NCBI GenBank assembly: GCA_046076045.1
Contig: JBJTRI010000013.1
Coordinates: forward strand, 1-62,174
Source of the DNA: a bacterium
GTDB taxonomy: Bacteria > Eisenbacteria > RBG-16-71-46
Length of the DNA stretch: 62,174 nucleotides
Direction: 5' to 3'
Positions 1 to 10,307 of this stretch are shown here, in pieces. How positions within the stretch are numbered: the first letter of the stretch is position 1; each line of letters starts with the position of its first letter. The notes beneath the pieces were generated by a model. That model worked only from the letters and a program-made list of their open reading frames with translations, ran no database searches and was not told where the DNA came from. Position numbers and translations under genes: made by a program.

Positions 1-1
1 G

Positions 2-367
2 CGCACGGCGGGCAACCCGCTGTTCCCGGTCAACCGGCTCGACCTGCAACTGCGTCACAACAGCGCGAACCACAAGCGCGAGACGATCGCTTTCTCCAAG
101 CGGCATCAGTCGGTCGTCGAGAGGGCAGCTTGGCTGATCGCCTGGCTCAACCTAGTGAAGCCGTTCTCGGAGCGCCGGGACGGCGGTACACCCGCGATGA
201 GGTTGGGCCTCGCGACAAAGCGATACACCGTGGCGCAACTGCTGCGCCGGCGGTTGTTCCCCATGCGCGTGGGGCTGCCCGAGACGTACGCGGGGTACTA
301 CCGGGGCGAGGTGTGCACGTCCCGGCTGCGCAACGAGCGCCGGCACGAGCTGAAGCTGGCGATGTGA
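2..367 (+). CDS. 3' fragment of a DDE-transposase-like conserved protein (5' end lies outside the window)
   Basis: Frame 2 is open from the window edge to TGA at 365-367. The translation is ...NRLDLQLRHNSANHKRETIAFSKRHQSVVERAAWLIAWLN..KPFSE..TPAMRLGL... This resembles the C-terminal 'R.T..FSK...N...TPAM.LGL' region of IS1/IS1595-like DDE transposases. Recognised by eye only. Confidence 0.4.
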   Translation, partial: RTAGNPLFPVNRLDLQLRHNSANHKRETIAFSKRHQSVVERAAWLIAWLNLVKPFSERRDGGTPAMRLGLATKRYTVAQLLRRRLFPMRVGLPETYAGYYRGEVCTSRLRNERRHELKLAM

Positions 368-378
368 GACGAGCGAAC

Positions 379-410
379 GCCCCCGGCGGGCGCGAGCCTC
401 ACCGGGGGCG
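379..410 (+). terminator. GC-rich hairpin after the transposase-like gene
   Basis: CGCCCCCGG (379-387) pairs with CCGGGGGCG (402-410). Stem is 9 bp and there is no U-tract. Confidence 0.3.
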
Positions 411-445
411 TCAACAATCTTCGCCGCACAACCTTCGGGTCAACG
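410..445 (+). repeat. Copy 1 of a 36-nt repeat element (core GTCAACAATCTTCGCCGCAC plus a TTCG-loop mini-hairpin)
   Basis: About 32 of 35 aligned bases (hand count) are identical to 10231-10265. The 20-nt core also occurs inverted at 10118-10137. The core is AT-richer than its surroundings. Confidence 0.6.
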
Positions 446-1771
446 GCCCGGGCGCAGGTCCGCGAGGCGGGAGAGGAGTACCGCGGTGCGCTTGGCTTGC
501 ACGGGTAGCGTGTTCAGCAGGGCGGTCTCCTGCGCGGTGTGTCCGCCGCTCCCCTTCAGCCCGAGTGCGTCCACGATCATGGGCACGAGGCCGTGCAGGT
601 GCGAGACGTCGGCTGCACCGGCCCGCGCGGGGTCCACCGCGGTGAGCGGACGGAGCCCGAGGTCGCGACTCGCGCGGTCGGCCATCGCCAGCAGTCGGCG
701 GTTGCCGTCGGTGGGGGGCAGCGGGGGATAGCCGTCGTCGAACACGAGCGAGGCCTCGCAGCGCGGGTGCGTGTCGGCCACGATGCGTTCCATCACGCCG
801 CGCGCCCGTGCGAGCTGTTCGGGTGCGATGACGCGCAGGTCGCCGCTCACGAGCGTGCTCTCGGCGACCACGTTGTTCTTGCCGAACGCGGTGCCGCGCG
901 AACCGACCGGGTCCTGCGTGATGGTGGTGCCGCCCAGCACGAGCCCGGGGTTGAACGTCAGGTAGGGTTCGAACGCCAGCGAGTCGCGGAACGCCTGCAG
1001 GATGCGGGCGGCCTCGAGGATCGCGCCCGGCCCCACGTCCTCGGTCATGACCTGCGACGAGTGCGCCGGCGTGCCGCGCACGCGCAGTCGCCACGACGTG
1101 CTGCCCCGGCGTGCGATGACCACGCGGTCGGGGTGGCCGTCGCCGTCCTCGAACCCCAGCGCCGCGGTCGCGCCCTGGGCGGCCGCGAGCAGGTCGGCGC
1201 GCGCGGCCGCGAGCGGTGAACCGGTGCGCTCCTCGTCTCCGGTGAGCACCACCATGAGGCGCAGGTCGTCGAGGCGGCCGGCGTCGCGCAGGGCCTTGAG
1301 CGCGGTGAGCATCACCACGATGCCGCCTTTCATGTCGGTCACCCCGGGGCCGGTCGCGGTCGCGTCGTCGAGTCGCACGAAGCGCTGGAACGGCGAGTCG
1401 GGTTCGAACACCGTGTCGAGGTGCCCCACGAGCACCACCTTGGGGCCGCGTCGTCCGTGCTCGGCCACGAGATGCCCGGCGCGACCCCACGCCGAGCCGT
1501 CCACCCAGCGGGTGCGGAACCCGAGGCGACGGAACTCAGCCTCGAACAGCTCGCCCACCCTCCGGACCCCCGCGAGGTGGAGCGTGCCGCTGTTCTCGTT
1601 GACGGCGCGCTCGAGGAGCGCGAGCGCCTCGGGCGCGTGACGGTCCACGCTCGCCACCATGCGCTGCTCCTTGGGCGTCAGCGCCGAGGCCGGCGCTGCC
1701 CGGCGCGCGGCGAGGGCGAGCGGTGCGAGGAACGAGAGTGCGACCGTCAGCAGCAGGGGGAGGCGACGCAT
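440..1771 (-). CDS. M20 family metallopeptidase (glutamate carboxypeptidase / CPG2-like), secreted
   Basis: 443 aa counted from the ATG at 1771. Signal peptide MRRLPLLLTVALSFLAPLALA. M20 motifs GHLDTV, GPGVTDMKGG and LTGDEE. Confidence 0.85.
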   Translation of the reverse strand: MRRLPLLLTVALSFLAPLALAARRAAPASALTPKEQRMVASVDRHAPEALALLERAVNENSGTLHLAGVRRVGELFEAEFRRLGFRTRWVDGSAWGRAGHLVAEHGRRGPKVVLVGHLDTVFEPDSPFQRFVRLDDATATGPGVTDMKGGIVVMLTALKALRDAGRLDDLRLMVVLTGDEERTGSPLAAARADLLAAAQGATAALGFEDGDGHPDRVVIARRGSTSWRLRVRGTPAHSSQVMTEDVGPGAILEAARILQAFRDSLAFEPYLTFNPGLVLGGTTITQDPVGSRGTAFGKNNVVAESTLVSGDLRVIAPEQLARARGVMERIVADTHPRCEASLVFDDGYPPLPPTDGNRRLLAMADRASRDLGLRPLTAVDPARAGAADVSHLHGLVPMIVDALGLKGSGGHTAQETALLNTLPVQAKRTAVLLSRLADLRPGR

Positions 1772-1811
1772 GGCGGCATGATGCCGCGCCCGCCGAGCCC
1801 TCACAACCCGG

Positions 1812-3419
1812 TCAGTGCGCCCGCGTGCCCGCGACGTCGTCGCGCACGAACACGACCGCACCGAGTGCACCGGAGCGGGCATGCCCCGCGAGCACGAAGC
1901 CCGTGGGCGGCGTGCGGGTTTCGAACGCATGTCGCCAGCGTTCCTCGCCCGGTCGTCGCACGAGCCACTCGTCGGTGAGTACGACCGCCGCCGGGCGCAG
2001 CGGTGCGGGCATGTGCGCGAGGTCGTCGGGGGCGAGCGGGACGATGGTCACCGCGCGGTCGGCGTACCACGCGATCCACGGTGCGGCATCGCTCGCAACG
2101 ACCCCTGCGCGCGGCAGCATGGCCCGCACCGCCAGTCCCACACCGCGCCAGTCGCGCTCGCGAACGGGGACGGGGCGTTGCGTCCGGCTGTGCCACGCCG
2201 CCGTCAGCGGCACCGCACCCACGAGCAGCGCCGCGAGCAGTGCGGCGTTCACCGGTGCGCGTCGTCCTCGGCCGACCGCCTCGGTGATGCGCACGAGGCC
2301 CGCCACCGCGAGCGCGATCGTGAGTCCGAGCAGGGGGAACAGCATGCGCGGGTCAGCCACCGTGGCGGCGCTGAGGGCGACCAGCGTGGTCGCGGCCCCG
2401 AGCCCGGTGAGTACGAAGACGCGGGCGCGCGCGTCGGGGCTGCGCAGGGCGAGCACCCCTGCGACGAGCGCGAGCACGCCCGGCCAGCGCCCGCCGAGCG
2501 ACCACGCGGCATAGGCCAACGCGCGCACGTTGTGCTCGAACTTGGCCGCGAACGCCGCCGGGTGCGCGCGCAGCCACTCGAGCGCATCGGGCGGAGGCAG
2601 CATGCGGTTGAGGCGCGCCACGGTGAATCCGGGGTCGAGTCCGGTGAGCAGCAGGTAGGCGGTCGAGCCGGGATGTGCGCCCGCGTACGACAGCGTCTGA
2701 AGGAGCCCTGCGACGAGCACGAGCGGCACGAACCCGAGGGCCACGCGGAGCAGTGCGGGGATGCGCCGTGGGGCCGGGGTGAGTGCGAGGAACCCGATCA
2801 TGAGCGCCGGGAGCAGCGGCAACAGCACGGGGCGCGTGAGGTGGGCGAGCGCGAGCAGCAGCCCGAGGCGGGCGGGGCGCGGGTGCTCGGGTGTCTCCCA
2901 CAGCAGGACGAGGATCGCAGCGAGCAGGCAGGCGAACGGCATCTCGGTCAGGCCCGTCACCGCGAACCCCAGCGCCCACGGGGTCGTGGCGAACACCATG
3001 CCCGCCGTGGCCGCGGCCAGTGCGGACGAGGTGAGCCCCCACGCGAGGCGGGCGGTGAGGAGCGTAGCGCCCACGAACGCGAGCAGCGCGGGGGCGAGCG
3101 TGGCGTCGGGCGTGGCGCCGAACAGCGCGAACGCCAGCGCGTCGAGCCCCGGCACCAGCGGCTGGCCCGCGAGGAGCGGCCAGGGCGGACCCGCGAGGTC
3201 GCCCACCAGCGCGGGGTGCACGAACGGGGTCGCCAGTCGGCCGGTCGCGAGCCACGTGCGCCCGGCCAGTGCATACTGTGCACTGTCGAAGCTGAAGCGG
3301 GCGGCATCGGGCGCGAGTACGGTGAGCCACGCGTGCAGCGATCCGGTCGCGAGCGCGAACGACGCGAGCGCTGGCCAGAACAGTGGCGACAAGCGATGTT
3401 CCCCGGCGGACCGGATCAT
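1812..3419 (-). CDS. Polytopic membrane protein, GT-C / PMT_2 (ArnT-like) glycosyltransferase-like
   Basis: 535 aa from the ATG at 3419 (MIRSAGEH...). About 10 or more hydrophobic segments followed by a soluble C-terminal domain. High GC3 in this frame. The family call is weak. Confidence 0.6.
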   Translation of the reverse strand: MIRSAGEHRLSPLFWPALASFALATGSLHAWLTVLAPDAARFSFDSAQYALAGRTWLATGRLATPFVHPALVGDLAGPPWPLLAGQPLVPGLDALAFALFGATPDATLAPALLAFVGATLLTARLAWGLTSSALAAATAGMVFATTPWALGFAVTGLTEMPFACLLAAILVLLWETPEHPRPARLGLLLALAHLTRPVLLPLLPALMIGFLALTPAPRRIPALLRVALGFVPLVLVAGLLQTLSYAGAHPGSTAYLLLTGLDPGFTVARLNRMLPPPDALEWLRAHPAAFAAKFEHNVRALAYAAWSLGGRWPGVLALVAGVLALRSPDARARVFVLTGLGAATTLVALSAATVADPRMLFPLLGLTIALAVAGLVRITEAVGRGRRAPVNAALLAALLVGAVPLTAAWHSRTQRPVPVRERDWRGVGLAVRAMLPRAGVVASDAAPWIAWYADRAVTIVPLAPDDLAHMPAPLRPAAVVLTDEWLVRRPGEERWRHAFETRTPPTGFVLAGHARSGALGAVVFVRDDVAGTRAH

Positions 3420-3470
3420 GGAGGATCTCCCGATGGGTCGTTCGGCTGGGCACTCTACACGAGGGGCGCG

Positions 3471-5423
3471 ATGAGCGGCCATGCGGTCGTGCGCGCGGCG
3501 TGGTTCGTGGCTGCGTTGCTCGCCGCCGGGGGCGCGCTGTCGCCCACCGGGCTGCTGCCGGTCGCGTTGGCGCTGCCGGCGGTCGTGATCGTGACCGCGC
3601 TCGCACCCGGGGCGTGGCTCGCGCGCCGCGCGTTGCCCGAGGCCCAACACAGCGCGCGGTTCGCCCTCGCGCTGCTGCTCGCGCCCGCGGTGAGCGGTGC
3701 GGCGTGGACGCTGCTGCGCATGGTGCTGGAAGACGCCGCTCTCGCCGCGCGCGTGCTCGCCGGTGCGGTCGCCGTGCTGGCGGCGTGGGAGGGCATGCGG
3801 CCGCGTGCACGAGCGGCCACCCCGCGCGGCGGGGCCGCGACGTGGGTCGTCGCGGGTCTCGCGTGCGCGGCGCTCGCGGGGGCGTACCTGGCGATGCCCG
3901 TGCTGCTGGTGCGCAGCGACGGCTCGTTCCACGCCGGGGTGGCGCAGGCCGTGTTGCGTGCGGCCGCGCCCGAGGACCCGTTCTTCGCGGGACTGTCGCT
4001 CCGCTACTTCTGGGGGCTGCATGCCGCGGTCGCGGCCGGGCTCGCGCTGGCGCCCGGGATCCCGGCCTCGGCCCTGCTCGCGGTCGCGAACCTCGGTGCG
4101 CTCGTCGCGGCCCTGCTAGCCTCGGCGGTGCTCGCCGAGCGGCTGGGGGCGGGGCCGCGCGCGCGTGCGCTCGCCGCGCCGCTCCTGCTCGCCGGCACGG
4201 TGCCGTTCGGTTGGGTCGTGCTCGCGGCGCGTTCGTCGGTGGGCGAGACGCGCGGGGCCGCGGGCCTCGGGCCCGAGTTGGGGTCGGGCGCCGACCTCGC
4301 ACTGCGCGCGCTCGATCCCGGCCTGTTGCACCCGTCGCTGACGCTGCCGCTCGACAAGTTCGTCGTGCTGACCCCGTTCGCGTGGGGGCTCGCGGCCGCA
4401 CCGCTACTGGTGTGGTTGGCGTGCGAGGCGCTCGCCCCCCACGCCTGGCGTGCGCGCATGGGGCTCGCGCTGGCGGTGGCGGCCACGCTGTTCGTCCACC
4501 CCGTCGCGGGTGCGCTGCTCGCCGCCGCGGTGGCCGTGGGCGCGCTCGCGTGCGCCGTGCGCGAGCGCGCTGGTCGTCCGGCGGCGTTCGGGGTGGTGAT
4601 CGCGGTCGTCGTCGGCGTGCTGCTGATGGCCCCGTACCTCGCGGCACTCGTGCCCGCCACCGGTGGTGGCGCGAGTGCGATCGGGTGGGGACTGAGTGCC
4701 CGCGCGCTGCTCTCGGTGGTGTGGGGGGGGGCGGCACTGTGGCCGCTCGCGTGGCTCGCGCTGCGGCGCGCCCCGGGGAACGAGCGCGCGCTCGTGGGAG
4801 GCGCGCTCGTCGCGCTCACGCTGCCCGCGCTCGTGCTGGTGGCGGGGGGCGACAACCAGAGCAAGGCGCTCAACCTGGCGTTCGCGCTCGCGGCCGCACC
4901 GGCCACGGTCGGCTTGGCGAACCTCGCGCGCTCGCGTGCGCGCCGCGGGGTGGCGCTCGCGACGGCCGTGCTCGCGTGCGGGCCCGCGCTCGTCGCGTTG
5001 TTCTGGGCGTACGCGCAGCAGCGCACCGACAGCGCCGACACGCCGTGGGCACCGCCGGCCGCGCTCGTCGCGGCGATCGAGCGCGACACCCCGCGCGACG
5101 CGGTGCTGGTGGTGGCGGGGCTCGACACGCAGCGCGGTGCCGCACCCGTCCTGCCGGGCGTGACCGGCCGTGCCCTGCTGTGGAGCGGGCGCGCGCTCGC
5201 CGGCAAGTGGGGGCACGACGAGGGGGTGCTCGCGCAGCGCGAGCGCGAGGCGGCTTCGCTCGCGCGCGGGGAGTGGCCGCACGGGCCGCTCGACCCCGCG
5301 TGGCCCGCGCGTGCGCACGAGGTGTGGACGGTGGTGCGCGAGGATTCGGCCGCGGGGGCCGCGCTCGCACCCGAGGCGGTGCGCGTCGCGGGCTGGGTGC
5401 TCGCGCGCGTGTCGCGGCCCTGA
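3471..5423 (+). CDS. Large polytopic membrane protein (GT-C-like / O-antigen-polymerase-like), function unknown
   Basis: 650 aa from the ATG at 3471 (MSGHAVVRAAWFVAALL...). Many transmembrane segments plus a C-terminal soluble region. Divergent from the previous gene with only 51 bp between the two starts. Confidence 0.6.
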   Translation: MSGHAVVRAAWFVAALLAAGGALSPTGLLPVALALPAVVIVTALAPGAWLARRALPEAQHSARFALALLLAPAVSGAAWTLLRMVLEDAALAARVLAGAVAVLAAWEGMRPRARAATPRGGAATWVVAGLACAALAGAYLAMPVLLVRSDGSFHAGVAQAVLRAAAPEDPFFAGLSLRYFWGLHAAVAAGLALAPGIPASALLAVANLGALVAALLASAVLAERLGAGPRARALAAPLLLAGTVPFGWVVLAARSSVGETRGAAGLGPELGSGADLALRALDPGLLHPSLTLPLDKFVVLTPFAWGLAAAPLLVWLACEALAPHAWRARMGLALAVAATLFVHPVAGALLAAAVAVGALACAVRERAGRPAAFGVVIAVVVGVLLMAPYLAALVPATGGGASAIGWGLSARALLSVVWGGAALWPLAWLALRRAPGNERALVGGALVALTLPALVLVAGGDNQSKALNLAFALAAAPATVGLANLARSRARRGVALATAVLACGPALVALFWAYAQQRTDSADTPWAPPAALVAAIERDTPRDAVLVVAGLDTQRGAAPVLPGVTGRALLWSGRALAGKWGHDEGVLAQREREAASLARGEWPHGPLDPAWPARAHEVWTVVREDSAAGAALAPEAVRVAGWVLARVSRP

Positions 5424-5447
5424 GTCCCGGGATGCGGAGCAACGAGC

Positions 5448-5473
5448 GGGGCGGGTGGTCGCCCACCCGCCCC
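5448..5473. terminator. Bidirectional GC hairpin between convergent genes
   Basis: GGGGCGGGTGG-tcgc-CCACCCGCCCC, an 11-bp perfect stem. It lies between the stop at 5423 (+) and the stop at 5505 (-). Confidence 0.5.
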
Positions 5474-5504
5474 GTGTGATGACGACCCGCGCGGGGTCAC
5501 CGCG

Positions 5505-6784
<1,280 letters not shown>

Positions 6785-6788
<4 letters not shown>

Positions 6789-8557
6789 CGGGACGGGCTC
6801 CTGGGATGGGGTGGTTCGGGACGGGCGTCCGGGTCCGCGGCTCCGCGGCGTAGGCGACGGGACGCCCGATAGGGTGCGACGTCGAGGACCTCGTTGCGCT
6901 CGTGCATCGCCTGCATGCGGTGCCACCAGGCGACGCCGAGCAACTCCTCGTGGTGGGCCAGGAACGCGGCGAGCAGGTCGCCGCGCAGGCCGAGGAAGGT
7001 CCGGAATTCCTCGGGGAAGATATCGCGCTCGCCCACGTAATACCAAGGCTCCCCGGCGGTGTCCTCGCCGTCGGCCCGGGCCGCGGGCAATTCGCGGAAC
7101 CGGCACTCGGTGAGCGCGGCCAGTTCGTCGTAGTCGTAGAAGATGAGCCGCCCGTGGCGCGAGACCCCGAAGTTCTTGAGCAGCATGTCGCCGGGGAAGA
7201 TGTTGGTGGCCGCGAGGTCGCGCAGGGCCTGTCCGTAGTCGAGCACCGCCTCGCGCGCGGCGAGGGGCGAGGCCTCGCACAGGTAGAGGTCGAGCGGGCG
7301 CAGCCGGCGCTCGGTGTAGAGGTGGTGCACGATCACCGTGTCGCCGCGCACCTCCACGGCCTCGCCCGCGAGTCGCAGCAGCATCTCGAGCAGTTCGGGC
7401 TCGAAGCGTTCGCGCGCGAACGTGAGGTGCTCGAACTCCTGCGCGTCGGCGAGTCGTCCCGCACGGTCGTGACGGAACACGAGACGATACTTGGCGCGCA
7501 CCTCCTCGTGCGTGACCGTCTTGGGCGGGTCGAAGCGGTCGCGGATGACCTTGAAGACCACGTCGAAGCCCGGCAGCGTGAACACGCACATCACCATGCC
7601 GCGCGTGCCCGGGGCGATCGTGAAGCGCTCGTCGGTGGTGGCGAGGTGGTGCAACAGCGAGCGGTAGAGCTCGGTCTTGCCGTGCCGGTGGTGCCCGATG
7701 GCGTTGTACAACTCCGCGATGGGCTTGCGCGGCATGATGAGGCGCAGGTAGTCCACCAGTTCGCGCGGCCGCTCGTGCGCCACCATGAAGTACGAGCGTG
7801 TGAAGCTGAACACCACGCTCACCTCGTCCTCGGAGGTGAGCACCGCGTCGAGCACGAGTCGGCCGTGGGCGTTCCGCAACCCGATGAGGAACGGCATGGC
7901 GGTGCCGTCGGTGAGCAGTCGGCCCACGAGGTAGGCGCCCTGTCCGCGGTAGAAGATCGGGCGGGCGAGTTCGAGGGCGCGGATGCGGCGCACGTCGGCC
8001 TCGTCCACGATGGCGGCGGCCGCGCGGCGCGCATCGCCCTCGAGGTCGTCGAACGGCAGGTCGAAGGCCTGGTCCTCGAGCACGCGGCGCACGAGCCCCG
8101 CGAGCCGGTCCTCGCGCGGCCACCGTTGGGTGAGCCCCTCGGGGACCGCTCCCGGCGCCGACGACATGCGGATCGCCACGAACTCGAGCCCCGGGTCCAC
8201 GCCGACGGTCGCGAACGTGCGTCGGGCGCAGGAGTTGAAGAAGGTCTCGGCGAGTTCGGTGTCGCCGCGCCCGTTCACGCGGCGCGCGTAGGCGTCGCGG
8301 ATGGTGACCCACGTGTCGCGGTCGTGCGCGAGCGCGCCGAGGCGTTCGCGCAGACCCGTGAGCGCCTCGAGCACGCTCTCGCCGTACAGGTCGAGTCGGC
8401 GCGCGGAGTCGCGCTGTGCAGCCAGTCCGTCGCGCCGCTCGAAGTGGCGCCGGGCGCGCGCGGTGACGCCCGCGAATCGCTCGCGGTAGCCCTCGAACGC
8501 GTGCAGCAGGACGTTGGCGCCCGCCTCGTCCCAGGGAGCGAGGGTCTCGGGCGCCAT
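6785..8557 (-). CDS. aceK: Bifunctional isocitrate dehydrogenase kinase/phosphatase
   Basis: 590 aa. Collinear with E. coli AceK ([59 protein letters not shown]...FPEEF). Its stop overlaps the icd start (ATGA at 6785-6788). Confidence 0.95.
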
Positions 8558-8561
8558 CGCG

Positions 8562-9137
8562 TCAGTGCGAGGTGAGGCTCGCGAGCATCGCGTCGAAGTC
8601 GGCGGTGATGCCGTCGATCGCGGCCGCCGGCCCGGTCATCTTGAAGAACACCATGCCCTCGGGGCCGTCCACGAGCGCGCCCAGCATCTTCCAGCCCGGC
8701 TCGCGCCCGGTCGCCTGCATGTCGGGGCCGGGCACGAGGAACGTGCCCGCGAACGCCACGCGCGTCACGCGCAGCCCGGCGATGGTGCGCGTGTCGCGCA
8801 CGGGATTGGGGCGCTCCTCGAACTGGCCGGCCCAGCGGTCGATGTTCTCGTCCACCGTGCCGCCCTGACCGGGGCCGAACCAGAACACCGCGCACTCGGC
8901 GCCGTCCACCAGGTAGGTCGCGACGCGCATGGGCTTCTGCGGGCCCTCGCTCCAGCCCTTCGGCACGGTCCAGTGCACGCCCGGGTCGGTCGGACCGGTG
9001 GTCTCGCCCGTCCCGTCGCCCGGCATCGCGCCGCCTGCGCTGGCCGCGGGTTCGGGCGCGACCGAGAAGTGCCTCCACGAGGCGAACCCGAGGGCGGCGA
9101 CGACCACGACGAGGGCGATGGCGATCCAGCGGACCAT
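8562..9137 (-). CDS. Hypothetical membrane-anchored protein
   Basis: 191 aa with an N-terminal transmembrane helix (WIAIALVVVVAALGFA). GGAGGA Shine-Dalgarno upstream. Its stop lies 4 nt before the aceK start. I did not recognise a family. Confidence 0.6.
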   Translation of the reverse strand: MVRWIAIALVVVVAALGFASWRHFSVAPEPAASAGGAMPGDGTGETTGPTDPGVHWTVPKGWSEGPQKPMRVATYLVDGAECAVFWFGPGQGGTVDENIDRWAGQFEERPNPVRDTRTIAGLRVTRVAFAGTFLVPGPDMQATGREPGWKMLGALVDGPEGMVFFKMTGPAAAIDGITADFDAMLASLTSH

Positions 9138-9239
9138 GGACTTCCTCCGGGGATGGGGTCGGGGTCGCTGCGGGCGCGACCGTCCGCACGAGACTAACCG
9201 AGTCCGGCGTTCGCGGCATCCGGGCCCGGGGGGAGCAGC

Positions 9240-9304
9240 GGACCCCGGTCGGCGGGGCCGACCGGGGTCCGGGAGCGTCGTGGCCGGGCCGCGCGAGCGC
9301 GGCC
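9240..9304 (-). terminator. Two GC hairpins downstream of yceI
   Basis: First hairpin 9287-9304, GGCCGCG-cgag-CGCGGCC. Second hairpin 9240-9270, GGACCCCGGTCGG-cgggg-CCGACCGGGGTCC (13 bp). Confidence 0.45.
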
Positions 9305-9309
9305 GCGGA

Positions 9310-9891
9310 TCACTTGGCCTTGTTCACCTGCAGGTTGAGCACGATGTCCACATCGTCGCCGAGCACGAAGCCGCCCGTGTCGAGCGCACGGTTCCACACG
9401 ATGCCGTAGTCCTTGCGGTTGATCGTGGTGCGGGCCGCGAAGCCACCCTTCTTGTCGTTCGCGCCCAGGAACTCGGCGTCGAACACGACCGGCTTGGTGA
9501 CGCCGTGCATCGTGAAGTCACCCGACACCTTGTACTTGTTCTTACCCGCGGCCTCGACCTTCTTGCTCTTGAAGGTGATGGTCGGGAACTTCTCGGTCTC
9601 GAAGAAGTCCGCGCTGCGCAGGTGCTCGTCGCGCTTGTCGTTGCCCGAGTCCACGCTGCCCGCGTTCACCGAGGCGTCCACCGAGATCTTCGAGGCGTCG
9701 TCGGCGTCGAACACGATCGTGCCCGTGAACTCGCGGAACACGCCGCGGACCTTCGAGAACATGTGCTTCACCTCGAAGCTCACGTCGGTGTGGACGCCGT
9801 CGATCGTCCAGTTGCTGGGGGCGGCGGCGGCGAGCGACGCCGAGAGGACGAGGGCGAGGCTGGCGACGAGCGAGCGGAACGCGAGCTTCAT
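9310..9891 (-). CDS. YceI family periplasmic polyisoprenoid-binding protein
   Basis: 193 aa from the ATG at 9891 with a signal peptide. YceI hallmarks: F.V.H...KVRG.F, GNDKRDEHLRSADFF.TEKFPTITFKS, G.FTMHGVTKPV. Confidence 0.9.
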   Translation of the reverse strand: MKLAFRSLVASLALVLSASLAAAAPSNWTIDGVHTDVSFEVKHMFSKVRGVFREFTGTIVFDADDASKISVDASVNAGSVDSGNDKRDEHLRSADFFETEKFPTITFKSKKVEAAGKNKYKVSGDFTMHGVTKPVVFDAEFLGANDKKGGFAARTTINRKDYGIVWNRALDTGGFVLGDDVDIVLNLQVNKAK

Positions 9892-10117
9892 GGGCGACTC
9901 CTGTGGATGATGGGCTGGCCCGAGGGCCGGGGAGTGGACCGCGTCGGCGCGACCGCCCGGGCGGTTCGAGGGCGGTGCGAGAGCACCACCATGTCCGAGA
10001 GCGTCCGATGGCGCAACTGCGCAAACGGTTCGCACGATGGACGATGCGCTGACATGTGTTGAAACACGCAAGTCATCCCACAACCCTCCGCCCCCCATGC
10101 AGGGGGGCCCCCTCCTT

Positions 10118-10249
10118 GTGCGGTGAAGATTGTTGAGACCCCGGGTACAGGGGGTTAGCGGCCTTTCGGCAACCTCGGCCCGACGGGATCGCAACGGGTT
10201 ACGAGCGCGCTGCGCGGTCCGTGCCAGTCCTCAACAATCTTCGCCGCAC
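10118..10249. repeat. MITE-like unit: 20-bp terminal inverted repeats around a 92-nt spacer
   Basis: GTGCGGTGAAGATTGTTGAG (10118-10137) matches the reverse complement of CTCAACAATCTTCGCCGCAC (10230-10249) at 19 of 20 positions. The same arm occurs at 410-429. Confidence 0.55.
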
Positions 10250-10307
10250 GGCCTTCGGGCCAACGCTCTCGCTCACGACCTCGGGCCCACGACGCCGCCG
10301 GGCGGGG

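Noticed and set aside
2353-4737. A 794-aa ORF on the minus strand, one of many very long ORFs in the track. Others include 411-1490, 4004-5500, 14478-16253, 22713-25433, 29977-32205 and 53671-55323.
   Set aside because: The translations are Arg/Pro/Ala/Gly-rich with no recognisable domains. These ORFs lie antisense or out of frame to genes with clear family matches and much higher third-position GC. This is the typical stop-codon-poor artefact of very GC-rich DNA.
10056-10067. The palindrome GTGTT-GA-AACAC in the yceI upstream region, as a possible operator.
   Set aside because: It has only 5-bp arms and there is no second copy or recognisable regulator gene nearby. It is too short to distinguish from chance. 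Noted only as a candidate for footprinting.
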